Origin: an uncultured Planctomycetia bacterium
Lineage (GTDB): Bacteria > Omnitrophota > Gorgyraeia > 2-01-FULL-45-10
DNA: 64,000 bases
Direction of reading: 5' to 3'
NCBI GenBank assembly: GCA_964352425.1
Contig: CAYGRZ010000001.1
Span: forward strand, 64,672 to 128,671
Shown here: one piece after another, positions 27,709 to 36,531 of the stretch
How the letters are laid out: every line of letters starts with the position of its first letter
How positions within the stretch are numbered: position 1 is the stretch's first letter
Position numbers and translations under genes: made by a program
The notes under the pieces: generated by a model
Seen by the model: the letters and a program-made list of their open reading frames with translations, nothing else
The model's database searches: none
Told to the model about the DNA's origin: nothing

Positions 27709-29418
27709 ATGAGAAATATTTATATCGCGGTCGCTGCGTTCCTCCTCATCAGCCTCGTCCTCTTCATCTTATCATTCGTCTTCCTGGACATCGCGAAACA
27801 TACAACCTACCATTACATCGTCAATGCCGGCGGGCGCGACATCGGCACCATCCGCGTCGATACATTCATCACGGAAGACAAACTGATCTATAAATCTGCG
27901 GCCAACATGCCGTGCGCGCCGCAATTCACGGAATACAGGACGCGGCTCGACCTGGACAGGAAATATAATCTCGAAAGCTTCACCAAGGAGAGGACGGCCG
28001 GCCGGGCCACGGATCTTATCTACATTGAAATTTTCAGGAACATGGCCTCGTTCGTATCGAGATTTCAGTCAAAGTTCGCCTGCGTCGAGGGCATGCCGGT
28101 GAAGAGGGGCACATTCGTATTTGAGGAAGACGCGCCGGTCACCTATATCCCGCTCATAGAAAATTATAATTTTATCAGAGGCCGGTCCCAGGGATTTAGT
28201 GCGCTTATCCCGGCTGCGGCGTTGGGTATGCCCCCGATGAAACGGTTTGTCATCCTGACATCACTGCGGGATGAATACGTCAAGATCGGGCCGAGGAAGA
28301 TCAAGACCGAAAACCTCGTGGTGAAGATACGCGATTACCCGCAGGCGAACATATGGGTGTCAAAGGCCGACAGGGCCATCATCAGGATCGAGATACCGTC
28401 GCAGAACCTCACAATAACGAGGGCCTTCGGTCTCAAGGCGCTGCAGGCAAGGCAATACCGGCCGAAGGCCGATGGCTACGCTACGCGGGAGGTCACCGTC
28501 AAATCCAGGTCCGCGGAACTGGGCGGCAGCCTGGCCATCCCATCCGGCGAGGGCGCATTCCCCGCCGTCCTGCTCGTGTGGGGCCAGGGCGCGCAGGACA
28601 GATATCATCAGGGCCTCTTCGCATCGGTCGCGGACTATCTGGCGAAGAACGGTTTCTGCGTCTTAAGCCTCGACAAGCGCGGCGTAGGCTCCAGCGGCGG
28701 CGACATCGCATCGACGACTGCCGCTGATATCGTCGATGACATAGATGCTGCGGTCTCATTTCTGGCAAGCCGGCCGCAGGTCGATGCCAGGATGATCGCG
28801 CTGATAGGGCACGGCAGGGGGGCCTCTTATGCGATGAAAGCTGTTACAAGAAACGAGGCCGTTCGCGGGTTAATCCTGATGTCGCCGTCTATCGGCGCTG
28901 CTTACGATACGCGCTCACGCCTGGAAACGCTCAAGGCAGCTGCTTCCAGGACGAGATGGAGCGATGAATACCTGAGCCTTGTCGCCAGGACTCTTGAGGA
29001 GACCGAAAGCAGGGTCCTGGCAACGAAGGGAAACTGGGCTTATATCCTGGGCAAGAAATGTTTCATGGGGAGCCTGAGGGAAGAGATGGGCGATAAGCCC
29101 ATAGAAACGATAAGCAGGGTGAAGGTGCCGGTCCTTATCCTGCAGGGCGGCAATGATGATGAGGCCCTGGGAGAATCCGGTTCATATCTGGACAAGGCGC
29201 TGTCAGATGCCGGCAACCAGGCGCGAACCCTGACCTATTATGCTTATCTTGGACCGTTCCTGGGGGAGGCTGTCAATGACGGCATCCACCGGATACATTA
29301 CGAGACAGACAAGCAGGTGCTGGAAAATATAAAAAGTTGGCTCAACAAGCTGCCGGCCCAAGCCGCACGCGCGCCTGAAGAGGTACCGACGGAGCAGTCG
29401 GCACCCGCAGGCTCGTAA
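27709..29418 (+). CDS. Membrane-anchored protein with C-terminal alpha/beta-hydrolase fold (degenerate active site)
   Basis: DKRGVGSSGG, IGHGRG and PVLILQG motifs. Confidence 0.8.
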   Translation: MRNIYIAVAAFLLISLVLFILSFVFLDIAKHTTYHYIVNAGGRDIGTIRVDTFITEDKLIYKSAANMPCAPQFTEYRTRLDLDRKYNLESFTKERTAGRATDLIYIEIFRNMASFVSRFQSKFACVEGMPVKRGTFVFEEDAPVTYIPLIENYNFIRGRSQGFSALIPAAALGMPPMKRFVILTSLRDEYVKIGPRKIKTENLVVKIRDYPQANIWVSKADRAIIRIEIPSQNLTITRAFGLKALQARQYRPKADGYATREVTVKSRSAELGGSLAIPSGEGAFPAVLLVWGQGAQDRYHQGLFASVADYLAKNGFCVLSLDKRGVGSSGGDIASTTAADIVDDIDAAVSFLASRPQVDARMIALIGHGRGASYAMKAVTRNEAVRGLILMSPSIGAAYDTRSRLETLKAAASRTRWSDEYLSLVARTLEETESRVLATKGNWAYILGKKCFMGSLREEMGDKPIETISRVKVPVLILQGGNDDEALGESGSYLDKALSDAGNQARTLTYYAYLGPFLGEAVNDGIHRIHYETDKQVLENIKSWLNKLPAQAARAPEEVPTEQSAPAGS

Positions 29419-29426
29419 TATTAGGT

Positions 29427-29455
29427 TTGACTTTATTTTTTTCGTATGATATACT
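29427..29455 (+). promoter_or_regulatory. Sigma70-type promoter
   Basis: TTGACT-17-TATACT. Confidence 0.6.
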
Positions 29456-29552
29456 CCGACAATATTACGCCGGGAACAGGAAATTGCGGCAATCCTGCCG
29501 TAAAGCCGGACTGATCGAAACGAAGAATGCGCTACAGGAGCGACCCAGACCT

Positions 29553-29957
29553 ATGGTAAAAAAGGTACAGGATATTTTCGTAGAGAGAAGGCGCTACGTT
29601 CGCCTGCAGACGCCGATACCGATCGCCTATACCGTCCCGCAGACCGGCAGCGTGCATACCACCAGCACCAAGAATATTTCCGCGGACGGCCTGAGGCTGG
29701 AGACCCATGATAGGGCGCTCAAAGAGGGCGACCTGATAGAGTTGAAGATGACGATTGCAGGCGCGCCGAATCCCGTTCATGCCAAAGGCAAGGTTATCTG
29801 GAAGAAGAAGATGTCGCTCGAAGACGCCGCGCCCTTCGACTGCGGCATAGAGTTCGCCGAGATCGAAGAGGACAACAAAAATACGTTCCTGAAGTTCCTG
29901 TGCGACCTCATATATGATATCAAAAAGGAGCCAAAACATGCCCGTAAGAAAGAATGA
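29553..29957 (+). CDS. PilZ domain protein
   Basis: ERRRYVR and NISADG motifs, GIEF. Confidence 0.87.
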   Translation: MVKKVQDIFVERRRYVRLQTPIPIAYTVPQTGSVHTTSTKNISADGLRLETHDRALKEGDLIELKMTIAGAPNPVHAKGKVIWKKKMSLEDAAPFDCGIEFAEIEEDNKNTFLKFLCDLIYDIKKEPKHARKKE

Positions 29958-30291
29958 TCCGTCCCTCAGCATGATCGTCGGGTCCGTCACGCTTGCGCTC
30001 TTGTGTATATGCGGATGTTCGATCGTCAATACGATACCCCGGCCGGATCAGGTGATGAAGACGCCTCTCGGCACGGAATCGATCAAGATAGGGATGACGA
30101 AGCAGGAGGTCGAGTCAAAATGGGGCAAGCCCGATTCTGTGCAGACGGTCGAGAATAAGAAGCGGTGGGCAGGAGCGCGCGAGATGTGGGTGTACCGGGC
30201 CAGTTACGGATCGATACCGGTCGATGCCGGCTACCTCTCGGAGACCAAGAAGCTGTACTTCGACGGCGTTAACCTCACCGAGATCGAATAG
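29938..30291 (+). CDS. Lipoprotein, SmpA/BamE-like fold
   Basis: Lipobox ICGC; IKIGMTKQEVESKWGKP...WVY. Confidence 0.7.
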   Translation: MPVRKNDPSLSMIVGSVTLALLCICGCSIVNTIPRPDQVMKTPLGTESIKIGMTKQEVESKWGKPDSVQTVENKKRWAGAREMWVYRASYGSIPVDAGYLSETKKLYFDGVNLTEIE

Positions 30292-30318
30292 CCTGCGCGC
30301 CGGGGGAAGGTTCGATAC

Positions 30319-30669
30319 ATGCTGCGATTGATGTGTAAATCAAAGATCCACAGGGCAACATTGACGAAGGTCGATCTCCACTACGAAGGATCGATTGGCA
30401 TCGATACACTGCTGCTGAAAAAAGCCGACATCCTTCCGGGCGAGATCGTCGCAGTGGTCAATATCAATAACGGCTCCCGGTTCGAGACCTATGCGTTTGA
30501 AGAGAAGGCCGGTTCAGGCACGATCGGCCTCTACGGCGCCGCGGCGCATCTCGGCAATGTGGGCGACCTGGTCATCATCCTGTCATACGGCATGTTCGAG
30601 GACAAGGACGCCCGGCGCGTCAAGACCAAACGCGTCTACGTCGACGCCAAGAACAGGATCGCTCCATAG
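30319..30669 (+). CDS. panD: Aspartate 1-decarboxylase
   Basis: KSKIHRAT, YEGS cleavage site, NGSRFETY and GAAA motifs. Confidence 0.95.
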   Translation: MLRLMCKSKIHRATLTKVDLHYEGSIGIDTLLLKKADILPGEIVAVVNINNGSRFETYAFEEKAGSGTIGLYGAAAHLGNVGDLVIILSYGMFEDKDARRVKTKRVYVDAKNRIAP

Positions 30670-30671
30670 TC

Positions 30672-31157
30672 ATGGCTGATCTCACAATCAGGAAATTCCC
30701 CGATTTAGTCCTTCGCACCAAGGCCTCCAAGGTCACAGCGGTCACACAAGCGGTAAGGCAGATGCTGAGCGAGATGGCGCAGACCATGTATATAAGCCAG
30801 GGCGTCGGCCTGGCCGCTGTCCAGGTCGGCATCAACAAGCAGCTTGCGGTCATCGACGTGGGCGAAGGGCTTATCAAGATGATCAACCCCGTCATCGTGA
30901 AGCGGGAAGGCTCCGAGGCGTTCGAGGAAGGGTGCCTGAGCTGTCCGGGGGCCTCCGTCAAGATCAAGAGGGCAAAGCAGGTCGTGGTGAGCTTCCTGAA
31001 CGAGAAGGGCGATATGATGGAGCTCCGGGCGCATGGTTTGCTGGCGCGCGCCGTCCAGCACGAGCTCGACCACTTATCCGGCAAGCTCATCATCGATTAT
31101 ATGGGCCCCTTAAAGAAGATGCTCGCGGGAAAAAAGATCAGGAGGAACAGATCATGA
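30672..31157 (+). CDS. def: Peptide deformylase
   Basis: GVGLAAVQ, EGCLS and QHELDH motifs. Confidence 0.96.
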   Translation: MADLTIRKFPDLVLRTKASKVTAVTQAVRQMLSEMAQTMYISQGVGLAAVQVGINKQLAVIDVGEGLIKMINPVIVKREGSEAFEEGCLSCPGASVKIKRAKQVVVSFLNEKGDMMELRAHGLLARAVQHELDHLSGKLIIDYMGPLKKMLAGKKIRRNRS

Positions 31158-31600
31158 CGTTGTACGAGAAGATGGAGAGTGATATGAAGAGCGCCCTCAA
31201 GGGCGGGGAGGCGGGCAAGCTTTCGGTGCTGAGGATGCTCGTCGCGGCGATCAGGCAGTTTGAGATCGACAAGAATGTCAAGGCGCCGGCAGAGGCCGAT
31301 GTCCTGCAGATACTCTCGCGCCAGATCAAGCAGCACAGGGAATCGATCGAGCAATTCAACGGCGGCAACAGGCCGGACCTGGCGATGAAAGAAGCGGCGG
31401 AGCTGAAGATACTCGAGGCGTACATGCCCGCACAGCTCGGCGAAGGCGAGCTGCTGGAGATCGTACAGGCTGCTGTCGCTGAGGCGGGCGCGGCAACGAA
31501 AGCTGACATGGGTAAGGTCATGAAACTCGTTATGGAGAAGGCACAGGGCAGGGCGGACGGGAAGACGATAAACCAGCTCGTGATGAAATTCCTGAAATGA
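31154..31600 (+). CDS. GatB/YqeY domain protein
   Basis: DMKSALK, ESIEQF...RPDL, YMPAQL and DMGKVM motifs. Confidence 0.9.
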   Translation: MTLYEKMESDMKSALKGGEAGKLSVLRMLVAAIRQFEIDKNVKAPAEADVLQILSRQIKQHRESIEQFNGGNRPDLAMKEAAELKILEAYMPAQLGEGELLEIVQAAVAEAGAATKADMGKVMKLVMEKAQGRADGKTINQLVMKFLK

Positions 31601-31664
31601 TCATGATGCCGGCCAGGTAGGGCCGTATTTTCCTTGATACTTCGGTAGATCTATTGTATAGTAA

Positions 31665-31699
31665 ACCCCGTTAGAAAGGACGGGGCTTTCTAACGGGGT
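31665..31699. repeat. Short REP-like palindrome
   Basis: accccgttagaaag-7 nt-ctttctaacggggt perfect 14-bp stem upstream of a gene, without a U-tail. Confidence 0.65.
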
Positions 31700-31724
31700 A
31701 AATCAATTGCGAAAGGAGGAAAAG

Positions 31725-32066
31725 ATGAAGAAAAGGTATATAGTTTTTTTGTGCGTTGCGATCGCCGCGTGCGTAGTGTGTGCCGCAACGGCCGGCGCTG
31801 CAGAGGAGACGGCGAAGAGTTTCTGGCAGAAGCTCTTTAACTACCCTGCCAATGTGACGAAAGAGTCTGTCAATGTCATCGCGGACACAGGAAAGAAGGG
31901 GACCGAGACCGTCGTCAATGAGGTAAAGACTATCGGGAAGGTCACCTCCGGAGACACCGACAAGGCAAAGGACCTGGTCACCGAGCCGGTAAAAGGAACG
32001 GTTGAGACCGCCAGGACGGCAGTCGAGGGAACCGCGAACGTCCCCGTTACCGCAGCAAAAGAATAA
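31725..32066 (+). CDS. Secreted hypothetical protein
   Basis: AGGAGG RBS, signal peptide, Thr/Val/Lys-rich body. Confidence 0.7.
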   Translation: MKKRYIVFLCVAIAACVVCAATAGAAEETAKSFWQKLFNYPANVTKESVNVIADTGKKGTETVVNEVKTIGKVTSGDTDKAKDLVTEPVKGTVETARTAVEGTANVPVTAAKE

Positions 32067-32180
32067 GACGCCCGTTGCGAGTAAGCCACGTCAAGCGTAT
32101 AGATGAATAAACGGGAGAAGCCATATCATCCGAAAATAGATATGGCTTTTTCTGTAGAGACTAATTATACTATTGATATC

Positions 32181-32705
32181 ATGCGATCGCGCGTTTCACT
32201 TATCCTGACGGTGATCGTCACCGCCGTCATCACTATAGCATTGTACCGGCCGGTATCCGTTGTGGCGTTCAGGGTCGCGGAGCCGTACTACGGTTTTCCG
32301 ATCAAGGCCGCCGCTACCGGCGGCAAGCTCGTCATACGTAATGACGTTCTCGGCGACGGCGATTTCGGCACCAAGCGCGGCGGCGGGCGGTCGCATGCCG
32401 GCATCGACATCCTGGCTGCCGTAGGAACGCCTGTCTTCGCTTCGAAGAGCGGCATCGCGTTCTGCGGAAACGTGCCGACGGGATACGGGCGGTATGTGAT
32501 GATCTATCATCCCGACGGCACGCAGACGATGTACGGCCATCTCTCCAACTGGGCCGTCGGGTCGACACAGCAGGTCCGCAAAGGCGAGATGATCGGATAT
32601 GTGGGCAAGACCGGTAATGCCAAAAGCTTGCTTATGCAGGCGCATCTGCACTTCGAGATCAGGAAGGGCGGTGAGCCGGTCGCGCCGCAGCCATTGATGC
32701 GGTAA
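32181..32705 (+). CDS. M23 family metallopeptidase
   Basis: HAGID, YGHL and HLHFEIR motifs intact. Confidence 0.9.
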   Translation: MRSRVSLILTVIVTAVITIALYRPVSVVAFRVAEPYYGFPIKAAATGGKLVIRNDVLGDGDFGTKRGGGRSHAGIDILAAVGTPVFASKSGIAFCGNVPTGYGRYVMIYHPDGTQTMYGHLSNWAVGSTQQVRKGEMIGYVGKTGNAKSLLMQAHLHFEIRKGGEPVAPQPLMR

Positions 32706-32728
32706 TTCTACAAAGGGAGACAAGTCCT

Positions 32729-32866
32729 ATGAAAAAATATGCTCTTGCGGTGCTGCTGCTCGCCGTCTGTGCCGTACTGCTCGGCTGCGGCGAAACGGTA
32801 TCGGGGGTCGGTAAAGACGCCAGCAGGATGGGGCGCGGCGTCAATACGTTCTTCTTCAGGCAATAA
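32729..32866 (+). CDS. Entericidin EcnA/B-like small lipoprotein (not in ORF track)
   Basis: Manual translation MKKYALAVLLLAVCAVLLGCGETVSGVGKDASRMGRGVNTFFFRQ; GGAG RBS. Confidence 0.75.
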   Translation: MKKYALAVLLLAVCAVLLGCGETVSGVGKDASRMGRGVNTFFFRQ

Positions 32867-32880
32867 TCGAGCAGGCCCTT

Positions 32881-33594
32881 ATGCCAATTCGTATACGTGA
32901 GATCGACAACATCGGGATACTTGACGTTGACGGGCGGCTCGATATCAATTCGTCCGACATCATCGAGACCGTCGGATGGATGACCAGCACCGGCAAGGTC
33001 AACATGATCATGAACTTCGAGAATGTCGACCTCGTCGATTCCAGCGGCCTTTCGGTGCTGGCGATAGCGTATAAGAACGTTGTGAACCATAAAGGCAGGC
33101 TGAAGTTCGCCGGTGTCCCTCCGTACGTCATGGAGCTTTTCAAGATTGCAAAACTTGATGCCGTCTTCGAAGTCTACCCCGACGAGGAGTCGGCTTTCAG
33201 CAGCTTCCACGAAGAAGAGATAGACCATATCCCGCTGCGGCGCAGGTTCCCGCGTCTCGACATCCATCTCAGCGTCAAATTCGTCCTCTCAAGCGACCGG
33301 AAACACCCGAAGGCTTATAAGGGGCAGGTCATTAATATCAGCGCGGCCGGTCTCTACGTATACACCCCTCACACCTTTCCGGTCAACAGCTCCTTACACA
33401 TGGTCTTCAGCCTCCCGAACAGGCAGGCCGTACTGACGGCCGACGGCAAGGTATCGTGGCTCTCCGACAAGGAGATCCAGTCGCATTATTCTCCCGGCAT
33501 GGGCATCGCGTTCAGCCGCCTCACGCCCGCAAAAGAGCGGGTGATCGTTGACTTTATCGATAAGAACATAAGCCACAGGACAGAGCCGGTATGA
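32881..33594 (+). CDS. STAS (anti-sigma antagonist)-PilZ fusion protein
   Basis: VDSSGL STAS motif; RRRFPR and NISAAG PilZ motifs. Confidence 0.85.
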   Translation: MPIRIREIDNIGILDVDGRLDINSSDIIETVGWMTSTGKVNMIMNFENVDLVDSSGLSVLAIAYKNVVNHKGRLKFAGVPPYVMELFKIAKLDAVFEVYPDEESAFSSFHEEEIDHIPLRRRFPRLDIHLSVKFVLSSDRKHPKAYKGQVINISAAGLYVYTPHTFPVNSSLHMVFSLPNRQAVLTADGKVSWLSDKEIQSHYSPGMGIAFSRLTPAKERVIVDFIDKNISHRTEPV

Positions 33595-34607
33595 CACAGG
33601 TTGGGTGCGGTTTTAAAGGATGCGCGGAACAGGCGGTAGCGCTCTCGGAATTCTGTTGGGACCACGTACGCGATAAGGATGCGTATAGCGGGACCCTCGT
33701 GAAGGCCTCCGCCGGCGGCCGGGACTTTAGCTTCTGTAACTTTAAGAAGATCATCCTGAAGAAGGCCCGGTTCGAAAAGGCCTGCATGGCAAAGGCGGAC
33801 CTGTCGCAGGCGGACCTGTCCGGGACTCATTTTTTTGACTGCACGCTCTCCGGCGCCGACCTCATTGGCGCAAACCTCTCGGACTGCGACCTCTCGCACT
33901 GCGACCTGAAGAACGTCGACCTGACAAAGGCGCACCTGGTCAAGGCGAGACTGTGGAACACCGAGCTCGCCGACGCCAACCTCACGGAATGCGACCTGTC
34001 CGGCGCGGACCTGTGGAACGCGGGCCTTTTTAATGTCAAGCTATGGCACACCGTCCTGACAGGCGCACGATCGATCACGAAGATGAGTTTTTCCAGCGGC
34101 GCCAGGATGTATGATAATCCGAAGATAAACGAATCCGGGGCGCTATCTGCCGAGGAATCCTACAGGGACCTGAAGCAATATTTCATGAACAGCGGTATGT
34201 ACAACGATGCGAGCTGGGCGTCATTCAAGGAAAAATCGATGGAGCGGGTCATCCTGAAAAAGAAGGGCGACTGGATCTATATACCGAGCCTGATCATGAA
34301 CATCCTGTGCGGTTACGGCGAGAAGCCATACAGGATCGTCCTGTCCGCTATCGGCACGATAGCCTTATTCGCTATCCTCTATCATTCTTTCAACGCCGTC
34401 CAGGGCCCGTGCAATCCTTCATACCTGATGAGATGGTACGACTACCTCTACTACAGCGCGATAACGTTCACGACCGTCGGATACGGCGATTTCGTGCCGA
34501 AGCCGATCGGCGCTTTCCGCCTGCTTGCCGCAGCCGAGGCGTTCTGCGGCGTGTTCGTTACCGGCCTCTTCATCTTCACGCTCGCAAGGAAATATTCTGC
34601 GAGATAA
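33591..34607 (+). CDS. Pentapeptide-repeat protein with C-terminal two-TM K+ channel pore
   Basis: ADLSQ/ADLSG/CDLSH repeats; filter motif FTTVGYGD. Confidence 0.88.
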   Translation: MTQVGCGFKGCAEQAVALSEFCWDHVRDKDAYSGTLVKASAGGRDFSFCNFKKIILKKARFEKACMAKADLSQADLSGTHFFDCTLSGADLIGANLSDCDLSHCDLKNVDLTKAHLVKARLWNTELADANLTECDLSGADLWNAGLFNVKLWHTVLTGARSITKMSFSSGARMYDNPKINESGALSAEESYRDLKQYFMNSGMYNDASWASFKEKSMERVILKKKGDWIYIPSLIMNILCGYGEKPYRIVLSAIGTIALFAILYHSFNAVQGPCNPSYLMRWYDYLYYSAITFTTVGYGDFVPKPIGAFRLLAAAEAFCGVFVTGLFIFTLARKYSAR

Positions 34608-34621
34608 ATAAAATACAAATA

Positions 34622-35593
34622 ATGGACCGCAAAAAGCTGGAAGCCGTAAAAAGGGCAAACGCCCTCCTTGGAAACTGCCTCAAAAGCTGCTCGATATGCC
34701 CGCGTACGTGCGGTGTCGACCGCACGGCAGGTAAGTCTGGCTACTGCCGCGCGGCCTTTAACTCCGTCGTGTACAGTTATTCGCCCCACCACGGCGAAGA
34801 GCCGCCGATATCAGGAACCAGGGGCTCGGGCACGATATTCTTCTCCCACTGCAATATGAAATGCGCCTATTGCCAGAATTACGACTTCAGCCAGCTCAAT
34901 AAGGGTGAGGAAGTGACAACCGACAAGCTCGCGGCGATGATGCTCTCGCTGCAGAAGAGAGGATGTCATAATATCAATCTCGTCACGCCGACGCATTACG
35001 TTCCGCAGATACTTGCCTCTCTCGAGATGGCGCTTGAGGGCGGGCTCGAAATACCCATTGTCTATAATACCAGCGGCTATGACCTGGTCGAGACTATCAG
35101 GGCCCTCGATGGGGTCGTCGATATTTACCTGCCCGACATGAGATACTCGGACGATACAATGGCAGGCAAGTACTCCGATGCGGTGCGGTATGTCGAGCAT
35201 AACCGGGCCTGTGTGCGCGAGATGCAGGCCCAGGTGGGGGATCTGGTAATGGACGGTACAGGCATAGCCAAGAGGGGGATCATCATCAGGCTCCTGGCGC
35301 TGCCGGGCGGTATTTCGGGCACGGAGCGGTCGCTGCGCTATATTCGTGAGCATGTCAGCCCTGGCGCTTATTTAAGCATCATGAGCCAGTACTATCCGAC
35401 GTTCAAGGCGCACCAGTACACGGAGATATCCCGCAGCATCTCCGTCGGAGAGTATAAGAATGTAGTTGACGCGGCGCATCTTTTGAGCTTAAATAAAGGT
35501 TGGATACAGGAAGCCCCCGAAGAATTTGAACCGAGATTTTTCGGCACTAACATCAAACCCACAATAGACCGCGATGGCAAAGAAGATCAGTAA
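34622..35593 (+). CDS. Radical SAM protein, PflX family
   Basis: CSICPRTC, HHGEEPPISG, CNMKCAYCQN and NINLVTPTH motifs. Confidence 0.88.
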   Translation: MDRKKLEAVKRANALLGNCLKSCSICPRTCGVDRTAGKSGYCRAAFNSVVYSYSPHHGEEPPISGTRGSGTIFFSHCNMKCAYCQNYDFSQLNKGEEVTTDKLAAMMLSLQKRGCHNINLVTPTHYVPQILASLEMALEGGLEIPIVYNTSGYDLVETIRALDGVVDIYLPDMRYSDDTMAGKYSDAVRYVEHNRACVREMQAQVGDLVMDGTGIAKRGIIIRLLALPGGISGTERSLRYIREHVSPGAYLSIMSQYYPTFKAHQYTEISRSISVGEYKNVVDAAHLLSLNKGWIQEAPEEFEPRFFGTNIKPTIDRDGKEDQ

Positions 35594-36287
35594 AAAAAGC
35601 TCATACGAAAAACATATAGAGGCCATATCGAAGGTCTCGCAATCGATCACGTCCAACCTCTACCTCGAAGATATCCTGAAGCTCATCGTCACCGTTACCG
35701 CGGAGATTATGGATTCAAAGATATGCTCTCTCATGCTTATAGAGCCAAAGACCGGCAGGCTCGTCCTCAAGGCAACCCAGTCGATGAGCGAAGAGTACAA
35801 TAAGAAGCCGACGCTCAAGATAGGCCAGGGCATAGCCGGTAAGGTAGCTCTCGAAAATAAGCCGCTCGCCGTCTTTGACATATCGGAAGAGCCGGAGTAT
35901 GTATCCAAGGATATCGCGACCAAGGTGGGCCTGCAGTCGCTTCTATCTGTGCCGCTCTCGGTCAAGGGTACGGTGATCGGCGTCCTGAATAATTATACCT
36001 CGCACCCGCATCGTTTTACCCAGTATGAGGTCGATATCATGACGACGGTGGCCAGCCAGGCCGCCATCGTCATCGAGAACGCCGAGCTTATGTTAAAAAC
36101 CAAGGTCATCCAGGATGAGCTTGAATCGCGGAAAGTCGTCGAGAGGGCCAAGGGCATCATGATGCGGCAGCAGGGCATGACCGAAGAAGAGGCCTTCCGG
36201 AAGATCCAGAAGCAGAGCATGGATATGAGAAAGACTATGCGCGAGATAGCAGAGGCGATAATACTTATCGAGAACATGAAGAAGTAG
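35574..36287 (+). CDS. GAF + ANTAR RNA-binding antiterminator
   Basis: GAF (GQGIAGKV, SLLSVPL, AAIVIENA); ANTAR LESRKVVERAKGIMM...EEEAFRKIQKQSMDMRKTMREIAEAII. Confidence 0.93.
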   Translation: MAKKISKKSSYEKHIEAISKVSQSITSNLYLEDILKLIVTVTAEIMDSKICSLMLIEPKTGRLVLKATQSMSEEYNKKPTLKIGQGIAGKVALENKPLAVFDISEEPEYVSKDIATKVGLQSLLSVPLSVKGTVIGVLNNYTSHPHRFTQYEVDIMTTVASQAAIVIENAELMLKTKVIQDELESRKVVERAKGIMMRQQGMTEEEAFRKIQKQSMDMRKTMREIAEAIILIENMKK

Positions 36288-36320
36288 CCGGTTAGAATAA
36301 AAATAGCCGGCACAAGCCCA

Positions 36321-36348
36321 TTGACAATACTGCGTTTGATGCTATGCT
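36321..36348 (+). promoter_or_regulatory. Sigma70-type promoter of the nadE operon
   Basis: TTGACA-16-TATGCT with extended -10 TG. Confidence 0.65.
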
Positions 36349-36364
36349 GTATATGATAAGCTCA

Positions 36365-36517
36365 AAGACAATGATGTCTTCCCGCTATGATAGCCGGAAG
36401 GCGTTTGTGTGTTTATCCTTCGACAGGCTCAGGATAAACACCCTGAGCGAAGTCGAAGGGTGTTTTATGGGGACGCAGGCGTCCAGATCCCATGATGGGT
36501 ATGGACGCTTTCTGTTT
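36365..36517 (+). promoter_or_regulatory. ANTAR-type leader of nadE (hexaloop hairpins plus terminators)
   Basis: aagac-AATGAT-gtctt and ggac-GCAGGC-gtcc; the second overlaps the stem gcgtcca/tggacgc followed by tttctgttt. Confidence 0.7.
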
Positions 36518-36531
36518 AATAGGGTGAATCC

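Noticed and set aside
29460-29552. Hairpin in a PilZ gene leader as a c-di-GMP riboswitch
   Set aside because: Lacks the conserved GEMM/c-di-GMP-I elements; only one short stem
33780-34030. 15-nt periodic DNA repeats
   Set aside because: Fully explained by pentapeptide repeats in the coding sequence
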